From contig JAAFKI010000127.1 in NCBI GenBank assembly GCA_021399345.1, positions 1 to 39,719 of the forward strand: 39,719 nt of DNA. Direction: 5' to 3'. The translations under genes were made by a program, and so were the position numbers. Positions 1 to 6,700 of this stretch are shown one piece after another (position 1 is the first letter of the stretch; each line of letters starts with the position of its first letter). The notes under the pieces are model-generated. The model did no database searches. It was given only the letters and a program-made list of their open reading frames with translations, and had not been told where the DNA came from. Source of the DNA: Candidatus Heimdallarchaeota archaeon. Its GTDB lineage: Archaea > Asgardarchaeota > Heimdallarchaeia > Heimdallarchaeales > Heimdallarchaeaceae.

Positions 1-138
1 ACACGAAGATCATCACCCAATTGATGCTTGTCTACAATCCTTCATTCTTTAAATAAAACCAGCTTATTTAAACCCCAAAAAATCCCAAAAAATGTACAAA
101 TAGGTACTTATAAGAAGAAAGAAAAAGGAAATATTTTT

Positions 139-945
139 CTACTCCACTTTTGCCCCGCAATTTTCGCAGAATTTGTCATCGCCACTTATCGTTCCTCCAC
201 AATGTGAACAAAATGCTTTTGCAGGTTGAGCAGCTTGAGGAACATATGCTTGAGTTGGTTGTGTCTGTGTTTGCTGAGTCTGAGGTGGTTGATATGTAGA
301 ATATTGTTGATATGTTTGACCATATTGAGGTACAGCAGGTGAATGTCTAGGTTGAGCAGTTATTTGTTTGATATCATTTGACTTAACAAATAATACAATT
401 GCTATGATTGCTAACAAAGCAATGTCGACATAGGTACCGACCATTAAAACTATATCATCAACTGGCGCATAGGTTACCCAGTAGATTGTTAGAAAAACCA
501 AATCTATCCATCCAAAGATAATATAGATTGGATTACCTATTTTTTTACCAACTTTTGTGAATCCAACGTGTGCCAAAGTGAAAGCTATTCCTCTAAGGAT
601 TGATGCAGCAAAGATCATGATTACTCCCATAAAGGTATAGAACATCAAATACCAACCAAACCACATTCCTAGGAAGAGAAGAAGATCTAAAATGAGCGAA
701 ATGATTAGAACTACCATAGCTCCATTAAGACTGCTTCTGGCTTTGTGGTATGTTTCACCGGTTTTGTAGAGTAAATAAGCAAAAACTATAAATCCTAAAT
801 AATAAAAAACCATCCAAGTCCAAACTAGTCCTGCACTAGAAACTAGTTCAGATATCAGGTCCAAAAGAGTAGATATAATTAGAACTCCAGCTGTAACTTT
901 GAAGACTGTTGAGATAGATTCAGACGTATTTGTTATATTTGACAT
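139..945 (-). CDS. Multi-pass membrane protein with Q/P/T/Y-rich linker and C-terminal zinc ribbon
   Basis: About 6 hydrophobic segments, low-complexity tail (PQYGQTYQQYSTYQPPQTQQTQTQ), C-terminal FCSHCG...FCENCG. Confidence 0.85.
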   Translation of the reverse strand: MSNITNTSESISTVFKVTAGVLIISTLLDLISELVSSAGLVWTWMVFYYLGFIVFAYLLYKTGETYHKARSSLNGAMVVLIISLILDLLLFLGMWFGWYLMFYTFMGVIMIFAASILRGIAFTLAHVGFTKVGKKIGNPIYIIFGWIDLVFLTIYWVTYAPVDDIVLMVGTYVDIALLAIIAIVLFVKSNDIKQITAQPRHSPAVPQYGQTYQQYSTYQPPQTQQTQTQPTQAYVPQAAQPAKAFCSHCGGTISGDDKFCENCGAKVE

Positions 946-1107
946 AAGAAAACCCCAATTATTGATATCTCAATTACATATTTAAAACTGTTTTGTAGAA
1001 CAGTGCACTGAAAACATATTTAATGAAGTTGATTTATCTTTTTTTTTCCATCTATCCAAAAGGATGATTTTAAATAATCGTTTAAGCTATAGAACCTTGA
1101 TAGAAAA

Positions 1108-1491
1108 ATGAGTTCATTATTTTGCCAATTTTGTGGCGCTAAAAATGTTTCCTCTAATAGGTTTTGTGAAAATTGTGGTCAGCAAATTGGTACCTCTGAA
1201 GGTCCTCCTCAGAATCAGCCTTATCAACCAGCACAGTCTCAATCTGGACCTTATCAGCCTGTGCAACCTCAATCTGGATCGTATCAAGCATACCAACCTC
1301 AACAACAAGGCCAACAAGGTTCAAGTATGTCAGGAAGTTATGATGCAGTACCAGGAACTCAATATGCTTATCCCCCCCAAAAACGCGGAGGAATGTCTCC
1401 AGCTGTCAAAGCACTACTAATTATTTTCTTCCTAGTATTGCCTGCTATTTTCTTTGCAATATTCTTTGGAGTTTTTTGGTGGTGGTGGTAA
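1108..1491 (+). CDS. Zinc-ribbon protein with Q/P-rich repeats and C-terminal TM anchor
   Basis: N-terminal FCQFCG...FCENCG, PYQPxQxQSG repeats, hydrophobic C-terminus ending WWWW. Confidence 0.85.
   Translation: MSSLFCQFCGAKNVSSNRFCENCGQQIGTSEGPPQNQPYQPAQSQSGPYQPVQPQSGSYQAYQPQQQGQQGSSMSGSYDAVPGTQYAYPPQKRGGMSPAVKALLIIFFLVLPAIFFAIFFGVFWWWW
1219..1308 (+). repeat. Three imperfect 30-bp in-frame tandem repeats (10-aa unit PYQPAQSQSG / PYQPVQPQSG / SYQAYQPQQQ)
   Basis: ccttatcaaccagcacagtctcaatctgga followed by ccttatcagcctgtgcaacctcaatctgga and a more diverged third copy. Confidence 0.8.
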
Positions 1492-1680
1492 AACACCACT
1501 TCATTTGTGCTATAAGATTTATGTCGCAATTTTAATCATTTTATACTACTTACCTTTTCCAAACGATTTAAAAGAAAAAAATGCCTAATGTATACTTGTA
1601 GTTATTTGGGGTTAATATCTACGTATTATTAATAAATAAAAGGCAGACAGAGTGCAGTTATTTACATGGTGTGTTAGTGA

Positions 1681-2691
1681 TTGCATGTAATCTCAGTAAG
1701 TGGAGTGACAGAAGTGAAGATCCTTATCACAACAAAAAATGGGGAGTTACTGTATCAGTACGATTCCCTACCAGATAGTGTAATTCATGATAATGCTTTA
1801 GTCACAGGACTAATCAGTGCTATTATCGCTCTATCTTCCGAAGTTGTCTGCTCTTTCCCTCGAGAAATAGAATATGAGGGTAAAATACTCTATTTTTATT
1901 ACGAGAACGATCTTGTCGCTTCAATCTTAGCTGACATTGAATCCCCATTCAATGGCAACATCTTACCCCTTCTAGTTGCTGAGTTTAAGAGTGTTCAAAT
2001 CAAACACAATTTCCATGCTTTTGAAGCTTTACGGTATGAAAATGAAATAGGTGAAAAAATCAAATCTTGTTTAGCTGAATATCTATCTAACATCCAACGT
2101 AATATGATTACTATTTTCGAAAAAACTGATTTAACTGATTACGATTCTCTAATTAAACTGAAGAACGTTGCAAAGGATGGCGCTTTAGAAGGAAACATGG
2201 ATTTCCTCTCATTTGAAGTAATTGGACGACTATTACCTGAAGGATTAGATAAAATCCTATATGGTTTAGTCATAGGCATTCCTGTGGTTGTGGCAGGAAA
2301 TAGGAATGTTGTTGAAACAATGATTCAGTCGCTACGTTTTCTGTCACCAACTAAACTACTCAAAGTTAAGTTATGGTCACACAATTATGAAAAAGCCTTC
2401 GATATCATAGGTACAAACGACTTCAAAGGTTTGATCCCCTCCCACAATCTGATTATTGCTAATCTAGATGATGGAATAGTTTACGGTGGTCTTTCCTCTC
2501 AATATTTCCAAGACATAGCAACTCAACTTCCAGGGCTCGATGCCATGGAGGCGTATAGTCTAGTACGTTCAGAATTAGATTGGATATTTAAAGCATTAGA
2601 GGCTCTGTCAATTAGAGCTCATTCCAAGGATTCTTTACCTTTAGAAAAACAGATGATCTTACTCAAGCTTCTAGAGAAGTTACATGGTTGA
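1681..2691 (+). CDS. Longin + DENN/folliculin-like domain protein (true start may be a downstream GTG)
   Basis: N-terminal longin-like pattern (ILITTKNGELLY...LVTGLISAIIALSSEV); C-terminal ILYGLVIGIPVVVAG...LRFLSP...FDIIG...IANLDDG resembles the DENN/folliculin core. Confidence 0.6.
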   Translation: MHVISVSGVTEVKILITTKNGELLYQYDSLPDSVIHDNALVTGLISAIIALSSEVVCSFPREIEYEGKILYFYYENDLVASILADIESPFNGNILPLLVAEFKSVQIKHNFHAFEALRYENEIGEKIKSCLAEYLSNIQRNMITIFEKTDLTDYDSLIKLKNVAKDGALEGNMDFLSFEVIGRLLPEGLDKILYGLVIGIPVVVAGNRNVVETMIQSLRFLSPTKLLKVKLWSHNYEKAFDIIGTNDFKGLIPSHNLIIANLDDGIVYGGLSSQYFQDIATQLPGLDAMEAYSLVRSELDWIFKALEALSIRAHSKDSLPLEKQMILLKLLEKLHG

Positions 2692-2738
2692 ACCTTAGTT
2701 CAGCCTTTTTTTCCTTTATTCGAAATCTAAATACTAAC

Positions 2739-2792
2739 TGATTTGTTGACTTATCATCTACAAAATGATTTGTTGACTTATCATCTACAAAA
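2739..2792 (+). repeat. Exact 27-bp tandem duplication, each unit containing an imperfect inverted repeat
   Basis: tgatttgttgacttatcatctacaaaa at 2739-2765 and 2766-2792; partial third copy atttgttgaattatc at 2811-2825. Confidence 0.95.
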
Positions 2793-2828
2793 ACTTATAA
2801 CCACCTAAACATTTGTTGAATTATCTCA

Positions 2829-3152
2829 ATGAGTTCCTCAAAAAAACAGTCTGAAAAATCCTGGACTGATTTGATTAGGTTTAAAAAGCAATCCCTAGTG
2901 GGAAAGATTATTTTGATAAGCATTGTTCTTCTGTTAGGATCTATTCTCATCTTTGTTTCTCTGATTAGCTTCATGGGTAAGTGGAACGAATTAGGGAAAT
3001 ACTCTCTCTGGATTCTTTTTGGTTGGCTCTTCTTCATCATTTTAACTTATATTAGTGTCAAATTGATATCCTTAATAATGCATAAAGAGAAAATGGAAAT
3101 ACAAGAATTGCAGAAAACCCGATCTATGGAATCCTCAGAAAACAATAGCTGA
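2829..3152 (+). CDS. Small two-TM membrane protein
   Basis: Two hydrophobic helices; TATA-like cttataa about 30 bp upstream; first of three closely spaced genes. Confidence 0.75.
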   Translation: MSSSKKQSEKSWTDLIRFKKQSLVGKIILISIVLLLGSILIFVSLISFMGKWNELGKYSLWILFGWLFFIILTYISVKLISLIMHKEKMEIQELQKTRSMESSENNS

Positions 3153-3157
3153 TTATT

Positions 3158-3439
3158 ATGCTTAAACTAAAACCCCAACATCACCCTTTACTCGTCCCCA
3201 CACTCAGTTTTTTGCTTCTAGTATTGGTTATCGTGATACTTGTTCTAGCAGCTTATACAAACAATATTGCCTTCTGGATTGTAGCTGTTCTTTTTGATTT
3301 AGGTATTTCATTTCTAGGTGCAAAAACAATTATTAAATTACGAAAGCCAAAGCTGATTTCTAAGCCATTAGGTGACCAATTAAAGTTTGGAAAAAGACTA
3401 GCGGGTGAAGAAGAACCAGAGGTAGTTAAAACTGAGTAA
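3158..3439 (+). CDS. Small two-TM membrane protein
   Basis: Two hydrophobic helices, charged tail; 5 bp after previous stop. Confidence 0.75.
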   Translation: MLKLKPQHHPLLVPTLSFLLLVLVIVILVLAAYTNNIAFWIVAVLFDLGISFLGAKTIIKLRKPKLISKPLGDQLKFGKRLAGEEEPEVVKTE

Positions 3440-3677
3440 TAAAGAAGCTAAAAGAGATGTTTTAATCCTTTCATCATATGCAACATTGGGAACCATAATT
3501 ATTACCATATCTCTAACTTTCGCTTTTCTAGCAATTGAAAGGGCTTATGGAGATTGGCCTACTTTTGTTTGGGGAATAATAGCTTTTCTCTTTGCTTGTA
3601 CATTTGCAGCGTTTTACATCATAGGTTCTCGAATACTTGACAAAAGAAGAGGAAATCAAAATAGTAGTCTTCCTTAA
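3432..3677 (+). CDS. Small membrane protein; probable CTG start at 3432 (ORF track gives TTG at 3486)
   Basis: Frame is open back to a TAG at 3423; CTG-AGT-AAT at 3432 is preceded by GAGGT and overlaps the previous stop; the extension lengthens the first hydrophobic helix. Confidence 0.6.
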   Translation: MSNKEAKRDVLILSSYATLGTIIITISLTFAFLAIERAYGDWPTFVWGIIAFLFACTFAAFYIIGSRILDKRRGNQNSSLP

Positions 3678-3748
3678 TCTTAGGTTGTAGAATTAGAAAA
3701 AAACCTTGTTTTGAGTTTAGAAGCGGTATTTAAGCAGTCTGACACATC

Positions 3749-3756
3749 TTTAAATA
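3749..3756 (+). promoter_or_regulatory. Archaeal TATA box (probably leaderless transcript of 3779..4024)
   Basis: tttaaata ending about 23 bp before the ATG at 3779. Confidence 0.55.
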
Positions 3757-3778
3757 ATTATAGCTCAAATAGTGTATA

Positions 3779-4024
3779 ATGGTTACTCCCGACAAAATTC
3801 GAAACAACAGAGTTTTTGAGAAGTCTATCCCTTTAATTCACAAGTGCTTAAAGGATAGAGTAAGCATAACTCTTTTACTTTCTACATTGAAACTCATGGA
3901 AAGAGGATATATTAAGGGAGAAGAAGATTTAGATTCTTTTATGGAAAAAAGAAAAGAACTCAACCCCAAATATACTGAGGATGCTGAGAAGGTAAAAGAA
4001 TTAATCCTTGAATCTTACTTCTGA
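3779..4024 (+). CDS. Small soluble hypothetical protein
   Basis: 81-aa helical-looking ORF with its own TATA; overlaps the 3' end of the convergent gene by 10 bp. Confidence 0.7.
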   Translation: MVTPDKIRNNRVFEKSIPLIHKCLKDRVSITLLLSTLKLMERGYIKGEEDLDSFMEKRKELNPKYTEDAEKVKELILESYF

Positions 4025-5394
4025 AATTTTTTCATTCTGTCTATTAACACTTTAGCTGCGAAAGCTGCTTCTTTTGGAGACATAAAAATAGGTGCATTTT
4101 CTTCTGCTGCAATTTTCTTTACTGATTCCATTAGCTTCCCGCTCATGAAAATTGGTAAGATGGGTTTCTTTCTACCTGTGTCGTTCCAAGCACGAATTAC
4201 ACCTTTAAAGTGTTCATCAGGTTGCATTTCTAAGAATGTGGGAATTACTACACATGGGATAACTATGTCAATATTAGGATCTTCAAACATAGTTTTAGCT
4301 ACTTGATAGAATTCTTCTCCTCTCGCACCAGCTATCATATCTAAAGGATTAACTTTCTTTACAAGAGGTATGACAAAAGGATTAATCTTTTCTTTGAATT
4401 CAGCACTAAATTCAGCTAATTCCAGACCGAATTCTTCTAAGTTATCACTGAAGAGAACTGCACTTCCACCACTATTAGTAAACAACCCTACACGATTACC
4501 AGTTGGAAGAGGAGAATAGGAAAATGCTTTGATAGCCGTTACATAATCGTTCATACTTTCACATAGAGTAGCTCCAGCTTGTTTTATTGCTGCTTTAAGG
4601 GAACTATAATCTGTTGCTATAGAACCAGTATGACTTGAAGCAGCCTTAGCTCCTGCTGAAGTTCTCCCGCCTTTCAGAATAATTGTTGGTTTGACTTGAG
4701 TTATTTCTTTAAGAGTCTCATAAAATTTCCTTCCATCCACAACATTTTCCAAATAGATACAAACAACTTGAGTTGCTTTATCATCTTTGAAGTATTGGAT
4801 TAAATCTGTCAAATTGATATCAGTCATGTTCCCGAGATTAGCAAATTTTGAGAAACCTATTCCTTGCCATTCCATCTCATAAAGACACGCAGCGCCAAAA
4901 CTTCCTGATTGAGTGGCCATACTAACTTTGCCTTGAGTGGGTGTTATTACAAATGAAGCATTCATGCCGATGTCGACATTCATGATCCCAACACAATTGG
5001 GCCCGATAATCCTAATACCTGCAGAAGTTGCTTTCTTCGCCATTTCTTCTTGAATTTTTTTTCCTTCCTCATCGATTTCTCCAAAACCAGCTGAGACAAT
5101 TACGATTCTTTTGACTTTCTTCTCAATGCATTGATTAACGACTATAGGAACAGCTTTTGAAGGAACAAGAATTATTGCTAAATCGATGTCTTTTGGAACA
5201 TCTAGAACTGAAGAATAGCTCTGTAAGCCTAATATCTCATCTGATTTAGGATTGATAGGGAATAATTCACTCTTCAAACCTTCATTATTAACAAGATTAA
5301 CAGTAACAGCATTACCAAATTTCTTTGGATCAGCTGTAGCTCCAACAATTGCAATGGTTTCAGGATAAAAGAAGTGTTGTACCATCGTTTTCAA
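4015..5394 (-). CDS. acdA: ADP-forming acetate/acyl-CoA synthetase, alpha subunit
   Basis: CoA-binding IAIVGAT, IIGPNCVG, QSGSFG, phospho-His motif SHTGSIA, TNSGG, NPLDM. Confidence 0.9.
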   Translation of the reverse strand: MKTMVQHFFYPETIAIVGATADPKKFGNAVTVNLVNNEGLKSELFPINPKSDEILGLQSYSSVLDVPKDIDLAIILVPSKAVPIVVNQCIEKKVKRIVIVSAGFGEIDEEGKKIQEEMAKKATSAGIRIIGPNCVGIMNVDIGMNASFVITPTQGKVSMATQSGSFGAACLYEMEWQGIGFSKFANLGNMTDINLTDLIQYFKDDKATQVVCIYLENVVDGRKFYETLKEITQVKPTIILKGGRTSAGAKAASSHTGSIATDYSSLKAAIKQAGATLCESMNDYVTAIKAFSYSPLPTGNRVGLFTNSGGSAVLFSDNLEEFGLELAEFSAEFKEKINPFVIPLVKKVNPLDMIAGARGEEFYQVAKTMFEDPNIDIVIPCVVIPTFLEMQPDEHFKGVIRAWNDTGRKKPILPIFMSGKLMESVKKIAAEENAPIFMSPKEAAFAAKVLIDRMKKFQK

Positions 5395-5437
5395 GAAGAG
5401 AATTAATTAGTCGATTTTTAATTTTTCCCTTTTGACT

Positions 5438-6385
5438 TCAAATAAAACCTTTTCTCATTACGTACTCAGAAGGATCGATTTTGAGGATTTTAGTAATAAT
5501 ACTTTCTAGAATACCAAAATCAGACATGTCTTGAACTTGCTCACTAATAAGGTCCAATAATCTCCTAGCTTCCTCTTGACTATCCGTATCATGGATGATT
5601 AAAGAATAAATATAATCGTTCTCTGTTTTAATGATATATTTGTAATCACCAGATTGCAGATATTGTAGAACTCCTGTTTTACCAAAAATACGCTGGCTGA
5701 AACTCTCAATTGCAGACAAAAAGCCAGCTAATAATGATGGGTCTTCTTCTAAATCCATCTTATCGATTTCCAAAATAGGAAAACCTTCTATGTCTGCTAG
5801 CATGAACATATGGGGATCAATACTCCTTTTAGCAACAACTTTAGCTGCATTATTTACGAGCCATTGAAGAGCATCTTCCATATTTTCTCCGGTTTTCATG
5901 GATGTTTTGAAAAACTGATAGGAAGCATTTTCTTTTTCAGCAAGTTTGAAGAGTTCAAGATGATTGATGATCGTTTCGAGATCAACACTTTCTTCTAAAT
6001 CTGACTTATTACATAGGAAAAGAATAGTAAATTCATCAGCAGAATCTTTGAGATTGATACTTTTCCAGAACTCTTCCTTGGCTAAATCAAATTGGTCAGG
6101 GTCAGCTGAATCGATGATGAAAATCACCCCATATGCCAACCTTGTATACGTTTCCCAAATTGTCTGTCTGTAGCTAACATGCCCTCCCAGATCAAAAAGA
6201 TCAAATCGAGCATCTCCTATCCTTACTGTCTCAAATTGCATTCCAAGAGTTGGTTTAGTTTCTAAAAACTCTCCAGTTTTGATACGTCTGACTAAAGAAG
6301 TCTTGCCTGCTTGAGGTAAACCTATCACAACTAAAGGAATGCCTCTCTTATCAAAAGACAATATTTCTGAACTTCTAGTCTGCAT
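5438..6385 (-). CDS. Arf-like small GTPase fused to C-terminal longin/roadblock-like domain
   Basis: G1 GLPQAGKT, G2 KPTLG, G3 DLGGH, G4 NKSD, G5 TSMK; C-terminal LADIEGFPI...LLAGFLSAIESFSQRIFG. Confidence 0.9.
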   Translation of the reverse strand: MQTRSSEILSFDKRGIPLVVIGLPQAGKTSLVRRIKTGEFLETKPTLGMQFETVRIGDARFDLFDLGGHVSYRQTIWETYTRLAYGVIFIIDSADPDQFDLAKEEFWKSINLKDSADEFTILFLCNKSDLEESVDLETIINHLELFKLAEKENASYQFFKTSMKTGENMEDALQWLVNNAAKVVAKRSIDPHMFMLADIEGFPILEIDKMDLEEDPSLLAGFLSAIESFSQRIFGKTGVLQYLQSGDYKYIIKTENDYIYSLIIHDTDSQEEARRLLDLISEQVQDMSDFGILESIITKILKIDPSEYVMRKGFI

Positions 6386-6700
6386 CTACAATCTCCCAAT
6401 TACCTTATATGTCCATGAGTTTTCACAGATAAGTGAAATTATCAGAGGCTTTTTTAATACTTTCTATAGTATTTTTAAATAGACAAAGTGAAGAAAGAAG
6501 ATAATGATTGTAATTTTATTTCAATGAACAATGTTTAGGTAAGATAATGATTGGGGGGTGTTTAGAAAAAATACACCTTACATAGCAATATTCTAAATAT
6601 ATCTATATTGAAATCTAAAACAATTTTGTCGGTTTCTACATGATTTGAGGAAAGAGATATATATGACATTTCATTATAGTAAGTTGTACTCACGGAACGG

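Noticed and set aside
1-60. Possible C/D-box sRNA (GTGATGA on the minus strand) or gene fragment at the window edge
   Set aside because: Truncated by the window; no D box or reading frame can be confirmed
1117-1420. Alternative ORFs 1117..1317(-) and 1133..1420(+)
   Set aside because: Shadow frames of the repeat-containing zinc-ribbon gene
2739-2825. CRISPR array
   Set aside because: Repeats are directly adjacent with no spacers, only two full copies, no cas genes
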